The position numbers and the translations under genes were made by a program. This document shows positions 1 to 11,325 of a DNA stretch of 64,000 bases, one piece after another. Where the stretch lies: the NCBI GenBank assembly GCA_965644295.1, contig CBFFRP010000363.1, forward strand, positions 310,001-374,000, given 5' to 3'. The notes under the pieces are model-generated. The model was given only the letters and a program-made list of their open reading frames with translations, searched no databases and was not told where the DNA came from. The stretch is from Paraphysomonas bandaiensis (taxonomy: Eukaryota > Protista > Chrysophyceae). The number at the start of each line of letters is the position of its first letter. The stretch's first letter is position 1.

Positions 1-1677
1 GCGACGAAGTGATGATACCCAGCGGAAACACGTGTCACATTAGCCCGGTGGTCAGATGCCCCGGACCACTTACAACCTACACCTATGTGGGTAGAGATAT
101 CTGGGGTAGGTTTTAGAAACTGAACCCGAGTAGGATTGTATGATCCATGTCCCCATTGAAACACATCATTCACCTTCCCGCGCGTAGAGGTGTTATATCG
201 AAGCCGGGCGAGAACGAGAGTTGAACAACGGGATGCACATACTTGCAGAACCACTTGTTCTTCTTCAGACTCTCCGTCATCCCACCCACTGCGACTACTA
301 GTGCCCACGTTGGCTTGACGTAATGCTACGCGTACGGGAGAAGAACTACCGGGAGCTCCACATCCGGATTCTGTGCCGGTTAATCGCACACCAAGTTGTC
401 CATGCTTATTGCATCCCCAAGTGTATATGACGCCAGCACTGGTGAAACACACAGAGTGATTCTCCCCCGCTGCAATACCGCAAACTGAATGGCGTCGGAA
501 CTTATCAACTCGCTGGGGACACCATCCGCTTGAAGAACTCTTAGTTGGTCTGCCCAACTGCCCAAATCTGCACGCAGGGTCATTACTAAGCATGACAGAT
601 ACATGCCTGTATACCTGTTAGAACCCCAAGAGAAAAGATTCCCTCGGCTATCTACTGCCAACATATGATTTTCTCCCGCAGCAATAGCAGTGATTTTAAC
701 TCCCTCTATGTGACATACATATAGAGAGTGAGCGGCTTATATATTTCAATAGCTTCATTGGGCGGAAACAAATATATTGCACTTGAAGGAGATCAACATA
801 TATATTCAACACTACATTCTGCAGTGTATCGTGACCACTGAATAGATATATGAAATTGTACGTATCGAAAACACATATTACTTTACTGTATTATAGTACG
901 GTCAATTCCGGTCAATGTACACTACGTATCCATAGCCTCACCTGGAAAAGAGTTAACCAGTTCAGGGTGGGGCTGTGATGCCTCGTCACCATGTCCCAAC
1001 CTACCACCTCTTCCGATTCCCCAGGTAAATACTTTCCCCTCGGAAGTAAGAGCTGCAGAATGATACTTTCCAGTGGCGATATCTCTCACCGGCTCGTCTA
1101 TAAGATGTGTCAAATGGCGGGGGCGAGAGACATCAACAGCAGCACGAGGCAGGGGAATTCCCAGAAAGAAATCGGCCCGACCGAAGGCAAGTACTTCTGG
1201 AGAGCATGATGTTTGGAAAATATTAACTAATGTAGGAGACAGCTGGAGAGAAAGGAGATCAAGTGGAGAGAGGCCGTCGTGGTCAATAGGAGACTTCCAC
1301 GAAGAGCACTGACTGATGTGTCTATCCACCTCACACTTCGAATATATATCAACGTCCCAATTGTCAGATACTACTTCATCTCCTATTTGGGCCCCAGCCT
1401 TAAGAAGTAGAAGGGTCATTTTAATATGACCAAAGTATAAACTGCGGTGTAAAGGAGTCCATCCGTTCTCATAGTCTTGAAGAGTGTGATCTGCATTCCA
1501 TTTCAACAACACGACAGCAGACTCACAGCACCCATAAGTGCTGCATATATGCAGAGCTGTTCTTCCCATCCCATCTCTATCATTCGGATCGGTTCCACTC
1601 GTAAGTATATCAGCAATGGACACAGGATCGTCTCTTCTAGCAGCTATAAACAGGTCACTGTATCCGCCCTTCTCCAT
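1..1677 (-). CDS. Ankyrin-repeat + RCC1-repeat protein (IBTK-like), spliced, 3' end runs off the window
   Basis: Ankyrin motifs GRTALH and GWTPLHRSLYFGH are followed by RCC1 repeats (IATGKYHSAALTSEGKVFTWG..GRLGHGD; IAAGENHMLAVDSRGNLFSWGSNR|FGQLG; IAAGENHSVCFTSAGVIYTWGCNKHGQLG). GT-AG introns at about 941-706 and 613-569 restore the frame. Confidence 0.85.
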
Positions 1678-2241
1678 CCCTTATCTCAACACGGTATTTA
1701 TATCCACACAATCGACACACTTACTCTTCACTACCCACCCACACTCCGAGCCCCTCAGGGTGTTTCATGTAGTACAATACAAGCATTATTCCAATCCATT
1801 CATATTAAAGTAATTCAAATACTCTCAAGTCCATATCGCCATAAGTAAAATCTGCCTCACTTTGGAGTGGAAAATTCCATCTGGTTGGAGGTTTTCACGT
1901 CCTACACCTAGAAAAGTGGCATTTTTTATACATTCAACGTATGAGAACACAGTGTTCTCTGAAAAAGAGGAGTTAAAATGCTTCACTATCACAATCTGTC
2001 CACCAATATATCCTTATTTTTCTCCTCTTAATTCCAAATCTCCATATTTTACAGAGTATATACCAGTGAAATGTCTGAAAACATCGTATTTTCGGGGTCT
2101 CAAGAATGTTGAATGTTGAACTGGTCATATAAAATGTGTGGAGGTAACGTCAGAAGAGTTGTGTACATTCCTATGCATTGTTAAACACTTATATCGCGCT
2201 CCCCTTATCACACCTGCTGCAGAGTCGGCTCTCACGGTACT

Positions 2242-3079
2242 ATGTCCTCTACTTTTTTAAAGTCTGCTCTGTCCTGTAAAGGAGTGAAGTGGATAGGGTT
2301 TGGATGGATGGCTTTCATAGCAGGTGAGATCACGTGTATGAGCATCGATTAGTTGTAACGCTGCTGTAGAAAATCTGATTTTATCAGAAAATAGAGAAGC
2401 AATAATTGATGCGGTCGGAGACGATAACTATCACATCGCTTACAGCACTCTTTCTACGCTCGCTTGCGGCTCCATTGGATATGGCTACATTCGACACGGC
2501 AAGGGGCTTGGCCCTATGCTAGCAAAACCAGGGCCAATAAGGCAGTTTACAGCTTTTGGTCTCCAGTCTCTTGGTCTTGTGGGTCTCTCTCAGTTGATGC
2601 CGGAAGTACGTATGCCTTACACATATGAATCTGTGGGTGGCGATACCACTGTTCCTAATACGCCGACTGAGCCTGTTCAAAAGAAGGCATGGAGATGTCC
2701 CATGGACTTCAGACCTCGGGATATGCCCGAGGATGGAATAGTGGGAATGGATCGCGTGAGTCGTCATTCTATGTTCTGGTCCTTAGGCTTCGTCTGCCTT
2801 GGCCGAGCAGTCACTGCGATATATGCACCGGAGGTTGTGATGTTCGGCTTCCCTAGTATTTTTGCCCTTATTGGCGGAGCTCATCAAGACCATCGCTTTT
2901 TGAAAAACTCAGGAGGAAAGCTTTCAGTTGATAAGTATGAAAAGACTAGCAATGTTCCTTTTTGGGCTGTAGTTAATGGCAAGCAGAAGTTGTCTGACAT
3001 TGCTAATGAGATGAAGGTATCCAACATGTGCATAGCGTTGTGTCTCGGTGGACTTTTCGCTTTAAAGCGTATTAGATAG
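2242..3079 (+). CDS. NnrU / zeta-carotene-isomerase (Z-ISO)-family integral membrane protein
   Basis: ATG at 2242 and an intron at about 2324-2369 give ...ENLILSENREAIIDAVGDDNYHIAYSTLS... The downstream motifs GMDRVSRHSMFW, GGAHQDHR and KTSNVPFWAVVNGKQ match NnrU-family G..RITRHP, D.R and TS..PF.A...G.Q. Confidence 0.75.
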
Positions 3080-3615
3080 GAGTGGACCTAATGTAATTAT
3101 AATCGAGGAAGATATTTGTCAAAAGATTTTTGGCTCTGTATTTTGAATAATACGGATGCTACAGCAGCCTCTTACTGTTTCGTGAGGTAGTATTCTGACT
3201 CGACTTTTGACTGCTGATCGTTGATGGAGAATTTAGATCTGTGACAAGAACTGTTTCCACAACTCATGCCTCATCATATATGGTATTAACGAAAATAACT
3301 GCCAATATATTTTAATTTGAGTAGATCGTAGTGAACTCGAAATAAGTTCAGTATGTCGCCTTCGTATTCCATTCATTTGCTATGAAATGCATATATTAAA
3401 AATATCCCCAATTTGATAAGAAACAGGCATTTAAAGTACTATGTATGCGATAAGTAGCTGCCCAGTTTGTGGAGCCTAATTACGGTGATTTCATGATTAG
3501 TAGGTCATCCAGAAATCCAGAAACATAGTAATATATCATGCGGCCTTCTTATGACCGAAGCCACTTATCACACTTTGATATTCCGAGTGATTTTTAAGCC
3601 AAGACCTTCTGGATA

Positions 3616-4374
3616 TCATCCTTCTTTATGACTGATGTGCGGTGGATTGTCCGGATCAGCAAAGTAAAGCGCATCCATCAATATTGACAAAGCACTTAGT
3701 CGGAGTGTTATTGATGAGTGATGAGCCAGGGTAAAAAGCAATGGTATCTCAATTCTAGTATCATATCTGGCAAGTCGATATAATATTGTGTCGTTATACA
3801 ACCAATATTCGAACAATGGTCAAAATCTAATTGAGTTTTCTTTGTTAGGTATGAACAAGATCACGTGTTACACAGTAAACACTGATGCGTATAGTAGAAA
3901 GTAAAAAGTAATAACTATCCTTTACTAATATTTGTAATTTGTATCTATTCAGGGGGATTCAAAATACACAACCGATTTGTGTAAATTCTAAATTCTAAAT
4001 TCTAAATTAAACTACAATAATCAACGACACCTTTTAATGGTACTTCAGGCTTGTGTATGACACTTTTCACTTACCATGCATTGACATATCTGTAAATGAC
4101 GATGGGGCTGTTATTGAACGACTACTGTTTTCGGTAGTCATAATATCAAATTTACACATTGCGTGGTAAGTAGTATTTTCGTTTCGTTTTATTTGTGTAA
4201 TTTATGTTGTTTAGCTATGCTTAAGTAGAAATCGTATATCAGCGTCCATGTTATATGTTCTATTCCGACAGTTTGGCCACAGTGTAGAGCCCGCCGGTAC
4301 ACTCGCTAACATGCACCTCTCATCCTAAGATTTTGTGCCGCCCCGTCAGCTTCTCCATCATCTTGGTTGCTCAT
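3616..4374 (-). pseudogene. Possible decayed protein-coding gene of unknown family
   Basis: A plausible ATG exon (MSNQDDGEADGAAQNLRMR|gt) starts at 4374. A protein-like stretch LFEYWLYND...LRLSALSILMDALYFADPDNPP is bounded by in-frame TGA stops. No clean splice path was found. Confidence 0.25.
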
Positions 4375-5129
4375 GTAGACATGTAGACGTACGCGGATTC
4401 TGCAAGGGCCTCCCTTCAGTGCCCATCATGTTAAGAATACGTAAACACGAGTAGTAACTACTCAAAGACTTTGTTCATTAATCTTCATTTGAATCCGTCT
4501 GAAACACCTTGCCAGCTAGATTGCTTAACTTAGCGTAACATTAAAATACAGTTGTTTATTTCGGATCTCCGTGTATGCTGACCATAACCTAATATGTTGG
4601 TTTATACCTCCAACTTTGGCTGTTATTGGCCATTTTAATATATCGATTAGTGAGTGTACGTGTGTATGCAGTACATTTCTTTCAATAGTGCAGTTACACT
4701 GTAGATATCAAGGTATGGATATGCATTATTTTAAGTAGATATGGACATGCAGAGCTGTGTGCAGTATGATAGTGACATGAAATTACATCACATCATCACG
4801 AGCAGCAGACTGTCGATTTTTCTACTAAAAATTTGCGGCTGAGATTGTAGGCGGAAACAGCAGTGCGGTAGGCGGCGGTATACCACACTGCTCTGAACGT
4901 GGTATGGGAAGGTGAGAACAGCATCCCCACACACCCACACCGCATATACACAGGAGTACGAGGCTCGTATGTATGAGTAGGAGAGTACTGCTGTACTGCT
5001 GTGTATGTGTATGGGAGTGTATGTGCAGCACCTGACATGCCATCCATCTCACATGCTTTCCATAACACACATCACTGCACCGCACATTAACCACACCTCC
5101 ACACTACACTAACCAACAACACACACAAG

Positions 5130-7710
5130 ATGAACCGAATCAGAGGGCATAACTTAGCGAGAAACTTCCTGTCTCGGTCCCCCAGCAAGTCCCTTATCTC
5201 TCGCGGATATGTGGCTCCTATTCAGGATTTAAACTTTCTTATTAAAGATGTGTATAAGTTCCCTGAGCACTACAAGAAGCTCGGGTTTGATCCTGAGGTA
5301 CGGATGCATGTGTGGGGGCATGAGTCTGCTGATGATGATGATGATGTGGTGTACGCAGGCGTGTGGTGAAGATGTTATCGATATGGTCGTTTCGGAGACC
5401 GCAAAATTTGGAGAGAATGTTTTGGCACCTCTTCAAGAAGTCGGTGATACTGAAGGTGGGAAGACATTAAAGTCATTTCGCGTTCTCATTAATAATTGAT
5501 ATGCATGACAGGCTGCAAGTATGTAGACAAGCACACCATTAAAACTCCCTCTGGATACAAAGAAGCCTATGAGCAGTACTGTGAAGGCGGCTGGCAAGGC
5601 CTTCCATATCCTGAAGAGTTGGGTGGACAAGGGATGCCGCAGTCAATGGCCCTTTTCCATTCTGAGATTCTGGTTAGTTTTGTTGTGACTGCAGATATGA
5701 TATATTGGAAACCGTTGCTTAGCGTGTACTCTGTCAGTGTTAATAATTTTCCAGTTCTGTTGTGTATAATTACACTGTAATCATTTCCTATTCATATGCA
5801 GGCTACTGCTAACTGGACTTGGGGCATGTATCCGGTACGCATCATAGATATTGTTGTCTCTTATAAATATTCTTTGTACTATAGGGTCTTTCCAAAGGCG
5901 CAATCAACACCATTTACTCCCATGGCTCAGAGGAACTTAAAGAGAAGTATCTGCAGCGTATGATATCCGGAGAGTGGACTGGTACTATGTGCTTGACCGA
6001 ACCTCAGTGTGGGTCAGACCTTAACCAGGTGCAGAGTGTTCAGCAAACATCAACCCTCACTCTCAATAATGTCATCTTCCCTTTTAGGTATCTACAAAGG
6101 CAGAACCTCTGGGTGATGGAAAATATAAAATCAATGGCACAAAAATCTTTATCTCATGTGGAGAGCACGATATGACTAACAACATTATCCATTGCGTGCT
6201 CGCTCGTCTTCCGGGTGCCCCGGAGGGCACTAAGGGAATCTCTCTCTTCCTTGTCCCGAAACACAAAGTATCTGATGATGGCGAAATTTCCAGCGAGTTC
6301 AATGGGGTCAGCACCGGACGTATTGAGGTGTGCTTTGCATAATAACTATGAGTACCTGCGATATATTCCAATTATACTCATAACCATGGTGTGTACAGGA
6401 CAAGATGGGCTGTCATGGATCATCGACTTGCGAAATCAACTTCGAAGATGCAGAAGGTTATCTCATTGGTACTGAGAACAAAGGCATGAACCACATGTTC
6501 ACATTCATTAACACTTCTCGCCTGGGAACCTCCATACAGGGAGTGGCGGCGGCAGAGCTATCCTTTCAGAATGCTTTGTGGTACACTAAAGAACGTCGTG
6601 CTTTCCGTGCACTCAATGGTACTCATACTTTCTAGTTTACTGAATTACACTCACTTTTGATAATTGTTTGTAGGCACCCAAGATCCTAAGCATGTTGCGG
6701 ACCCTATTATTGTTCACGGTGACATTCGTAAGATGTTGCTAATTCAGAAAGCTGTGGCTGAAGGTGGCAGATCGATGATTTACGATTGTGCTCGACTTGC
6801 TGACGAGGTGGGAATGGCGCAGCTAGTTTGTACAGGGTGTCTTACCCAATGTGCATCACATCATACCTAGTTATCGTAGTATAATACTTTGTATTACTTA
6901 GATGGTTGTGGCGATGGAAAGCGGTGACAAGAAAAAGCACGATGAGATCGATGACCGGTTAGGTTTTATGACACCTATCCTCAAAGGATTTCTCACTGAA
7001 ATGGGCATTGAGTCTGCTCAGATTGGAATACAGCTGTACGGTGGACATGGTTACATCAAGAGTAACAAACAAGAGCAGGTGTACAGGGATGTTCGTATTT
7101 CAGCGATTTGGGAAGGAACTACAGGTGTGCACACTTCTGCAGTCTTTCTTATGTTTATTATTTACATAATTGTAGTCATGTAGAGTATTGTTGATTATCT
7201 AATATACTGTTTCTAGGAATTCAAGCGCTGGATTTACTAGGCAGAAAGATATTCCGCAAGGGAGAAAACATGAAGCCGATAAGGGACCATTGCAATCGTC
7301 TTCGACAGTTTGCTTGGGATCATATGTGGTCTGGTGCTACTCCTGAGATCAAGTCTCATGCCAAGGAATTGTACTGGAAAGCCGTCGAATGGCAGTTCCT
7401 GACTCACAGTATTGGTTTACGAGCCATGAAGGACAAGGATGTTGTTGGAGTTACCTCCGTTGACTTTTTGATGTATTCTGGACATGTAACTCTTGCGGAG
7501 CACTGGTTGAAGTTGGAAGTTGCTGCGAATGACAAACTGAAGGAGGGGTCAAGTAACAAGGAGTTCTATGAATCCAAGATTAAGATCGCGGACTTCGTGT
7601 ACAGGAACATGCTTCCTCGAACTGTGGCCTTGAAGAAGATGATAATCTATCCTTCCAAATCGGTTATGACAATGAAAGCAAACCAGTTTTCATTTGATCA
7701 TGCACTTTAG
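5130..7710 (+). CDS. Acyl-CoA dehydrogenase, bacterial FadE1/DmdC-like long subfamily, probable mitochondrial presequence, about 11 introns
   Basis: Motifs [81 protein letters not shown]|[10 protein letters not shown] and C-terminal [11 protein letters not shown]. The N-terminus is Arg/Ser-rich and acid-free. Confidence 0.92.
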
Positions 7711-8164
7711 ACGTGCATTGTGTGTGAGGTACTACTTGTAGTATGAGTGATGCAGAATATTGTGCCGTTATATTGCAGTCATATTTTAGTGCTACTAATA
7801 TTGAATGTAATTAATGAATTCTGGCACTATTGTGGTAATTCTATTTTATTGTTGCTGCTGTTCTTAAATATGTAACTCGATACGCATTGAACACCTGCTT
7901 GTTTACCGTGCTTTCTGCTATAGATGCTGGTGTAATACCCACTTGTTCAAAGACTTCAGTCACGTGAAGTGACTTAAGTACTACTATATGTGAATAGTTT
8001 ACAGTTTACATACATATAAAAAAATTCTAAATTTTGTTAGAATTTTATTGTGAACTTAACTCTACAAGTTCAGATAAGACCTATGCTACAATAATAGTCC
8101 AATTGCAATTTTTCACGAAATGTATCAATGGTTAGGATTAGGCAAGCATGTTTGAGCTCTCTAT

Positions 8165-8550
8165 TATACTTTGGTATACTAGTAGACTAGTAGTGAATGT
8201 CTTCTTATTAGCAATAGCTGTTTAAGAGTCAAAACTAATTTAACCAGCTAGTGCTTAACTTTGATATCCTACTGCTTGTGCGTCACTGCAAGCACCAAGG
8301 TGCCATCAATTTCGCTCTATCACTCAAAGAAAACGCAGTGAGAAACAGAATGCTGATGTACTTGACTTCAGCCGGATGCTTGACTTCAGCAGGCATCCCA
8401 ATACCCCGCCATATCGGCCCAGTCCCGGATGCCCTTGAGGTGGGCCTAATACCCCGAAGGGCTGTTTATTCGGCAGGGCATTTATTCGTTAAAGACGTCT
8501 ACAGAAGCGACATCAAAGACGTCCTTTTTGTACCACACAAGCATTTCGCT
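8165..8550 (-). mobile_element. Dispersed repeat family copy A (non-autonomous retroelement or solo-LTR-like)
   Basis: The reverse complement carries the core GCACCTTGGTGCTTGCAGTGACGCACAAGCAG. It also has GC-rich blocks (gggcccacctcaagggcatccgggac-like, gcctgctgaagtcaagcatccgg) shared with 8940-9340. Confidence 0.7.
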
Positions 8551-8939
8551 CTTGCTACTATGATACTTTTGTATTATAAAGTGTTAGAATTGCAACTCTG
8601 AGCCCACGTCTGCTTGTCATAAAAATAGTGCACGATATAAACAAAGTTTCGTAACATCAAAAATATTCTAAATGAATTACTTTGTGCTGTTATTGGATAT
8701 TTGTTTTCAGCAGTATAGTGGCGTAAAGTATAATGTCGTAAAAGTTAATGAGACAGAAGTAAAGTTGTATATAACATTCTATTTTACACGCAGCAGCCAT
8801 ATACTGTATTTTAGTACCCTAAACAAAGTCGGAGTCGCACCTTTTCGTGGTGTTTTAGGGGATAAGTACCGGAGAGATTCTCTCTGGGAAACTAACGTTA
8901 GCCGCAAACATAGTCAGCAGATATTGTTCTGCCCACTCA

Positions 8940-9340
8940 TAGCCGAATGCTTGTGTGGTACAAGGGACACCAATAAGTGTCACTTGTGTAGACGTCTTTG
9001 GGCCCTGACGAATAAACAGGCATCCAGGAATGGGCCCACCTCAAGGGCATCCGGGACAGGGCCCACCTGAAGGGTAACCGGGGTATTGGGCTGCCTGCTG
9101 AAGTCAAGCATCCGGGATGTTCACCTTAAGAACTCAGAGCGGAAGTGGTTGCACCTTGGTGCTTGCGGCGACGCACAAGCAGCTTCCGTAGCGTTAAATA
9201 GTAGGATAAAAAAAGTGTGTACTGATTAGTTACAGGTAGAGGTCTGGCTAGTTTGTCTAGCATTCATCTAGCTACTAAGTTGGTGCAGGTTTTTAATGCC
9301 TATTGCTAATAATAAGACTTTCAATATACGTATTTTAGTA
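8940..9340 (+). mobile_element. Dispersed repeat family copy B, inverted relative to copy A
   Basis: Core gcaccttggtgcttgcggcgacgcacaagcag at about 9151-9182. The tail ctgattagtta...gcctattgctaa is also seen at 12458 and 18955-19145. Confidence 0.7.
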
Positions 9341-9419
9341 TACTTCTCTTCCTCTTCTGGTAAAAACACAGCCCAACAAAAAGTTACTCCTTTTTAGCTC
9401 GCTCCAAGCTCAATGTCTC

Positions 9420-11218
9420 CAGCGGAGAGACTCGACTCGATATCGTCAATGAGGTATCCGTTATGAGAAATGAAATAGGCTTGGTACGGGGGTTTTAAGC
9501 TAAAACCCCCGATTTTATATAAAACTACAGTTTTTTAATAAAAATCCTCTATTTTGTAAAATGACTATAGAAGTTAGCAATATATTGGATACTCTGTATG
9601 TGCAGAGAGTATGCAACAATGAGAGTATCATGAACACATTCATAAAATATACTCACATTGTTGTACGTAACGATGTCAGTTGAATGCGGCATCGGTACCA
9701 AGCGCAAGAAATCTTTGAGTACTTTCTCGGATGTGCAGAAATGTAACTTCGTGAAAGAATATAAAGAGGGTCATTTCAAAACCCTCAACCAATTCGTTGC
9801 ATACAAGAAGAAAATATTCAGCTGTTCAGCATTATGCAAATGGATTAAAGCCAGTGATAATGGGACATTGAAGATTGAAACTTGCACAAGCCGCAAGAAG
9901 CAACGGAAGGGTTTATTTCCTGAGGTGGAGAAGAAAATTGTTGACTACTTCGCGTCATCAGCCAATGGACATGGGAATAATCGCTTCCATAAAAGTAGGA
10001 TATAAATACAGTCTCTTGCACAAACTGCTTTCTGCTTTTGATGACGTCGAGCAATATGAAAGTGTTAAATTTGCCATACCAACAGCGCGGAGAGGTTGCA
10101 AATGAATCATGTACGGTTTGAAACCACATATCCTTGACTGTATGAATATACTGGATGATGTATGGAAAGGTGAACGGTATTGCAGTAACTTAGCAATTGG
10201 AAGATGCTGGCGTAAAGCGAATTGTTTGCCACTACCAATGCAGCAGCAACTGATTAATGAATATGGCTCAGCGGATAGAAATATATATAAGATATCTGAC
10301 GACGATCTCGCTTCAATGTGCAACCTAATGTCAACTCTGTGCATCAAAGTTAGGGAGCTTTCGGCTGTGCCTGATATAGTTTCAGGAATTACTGAGATGA
10401 GTTCATTTACTGCCGAACAGCGAGCAAGCGCAGTGGAAAAATGATCCATTGGTTGTCGAAACTGAAATTGAGGAAGCCATGGAGCGCTTCGAATCTTTTT
10501 TTATTTCTCCGCAAATACCGATGGTGGATGATCATTGTCAAACTGATACAAATATTGACCCTGCAACTTCATCTAAGGTAACTTTGAATCAATTCAATGA
10601 TGCCATGCGTGTTGTATATGACTTTACTATGGGAAGTAGTGATGAGGATGCTGATACTTTGCACTACACGTTTGTTAAGGCCGCTTCTGAAGTTACTAAA
10701 CGTTACTTAGAGAAGCGCAAAAGGTCTTCGTCACAACGAACGATACAGCACTTTTTCTCGATGCAGAGATCTAATTCTACACTATAACAGCGTTATATGT
10801 AGTAACTATGTTATACAGCCTAATGCTTCTGTGGTACAAGGGACACTAATAAGTGTCTGTCCTGTGTAGTTAAGACAACGCATTTTTATCATGTAATAAC
10901 AAGGCTTTCCACATAATTAATCTGTAGTGCCATAATAGAAAGTTTTTCAGCCTTAAACACAGTACCCTGCTAAATTCAAGTGTGATATATAGAATTTTAA
11001 ACATAGACTTAGGGTTTTTTAGTATAAAACCGTGGTTTTAATATCCAAAAACTGAGTTTTATGCAAAATATCTGAATTTTTAAACCAAAACTGGCTTTTT
11101 TATAAATAAATCTGGTTTTTAAAAATAAAACCCGGGTTTTTAATGGTAAAAATGTCCGTTATTGGAAATTGTAACCCTATGGTACAATCCATTGACGATA
11201 TCGAGAACTGACTCTGTA
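9420..11218 (+). mobile_element. Internally deleted pogo/Tigger (Tc1-mariner superfamily) DNA transposon
   Basis: 16-bp inverted repeat ctcgatatcgtcaatg (9436-9451) / cattgacgatatcgag (11190-11205). The right end finishes ...CTG+TA (11214-11218). Subterminal ggtttt/aaaacc repeats occur at both ends, and transposase remnants lie inside. Confidence 0.8.
9673..10787 (+). pseudogene. pogo/Tigger-type transposase remnant (CENP-B-like HTH plus end of the DDE_1 domain)
   Basis: The HTH region KRKKSLSTFSDVQK...SALCKWIK...RKKQRKGLFPEVEKKIVDYF is joined out of frame to QPMDMGIIASIKVGYK and ILDCMNILDDVW...IGRCWRKA. Most of the DDE core is missing, and stops are present. Confidence 0.82.
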
Positions 11219-11265
11219 GTTGAATACAAACTGTAGGGAATGTGATTGTTGGGATTAGAAATAGC

Positions 11266-11315
11266 CGTTGATATTGTAGACAGTATTATTAGTCGTTGAT
11301 ATTGTAGACAGTATT
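11266..11315. repeat. Short direct repeat, 22 bp x2 at 28-bp spacing
   Basis: cgttgatattgtagacagtatt at 11266-11287 and 11294-11315. Confidence 0.9.
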
Positions 11316-11325
11316 CCTATTATTC

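Noticed and set aside
3983-4008. (aaattct)n short tandem repeat
   Set aside because: About 3.5 units in AT-rich DNA, with no sign of function and not a telomeric motif.
8149-8503. Exact TG...CA solo LTR boundaries for copy A
   Set aside because: The flanks (aagca / gaagc) are not a target-site duplication, and homology to copy B continues beyond 8503.
8251-9070. ORFs 8251-8601 and 8672-9070 as genes
   Set aside because: They overlap non-coding repeat copies and show no protein-like motifs.
9222-9290. Hammerhead ribozyme (Penelope/retrozyme) in the repeat tail
   Set aside because: ctgattag does not fit CUGANGA, and no correctly placed GAAA was found.
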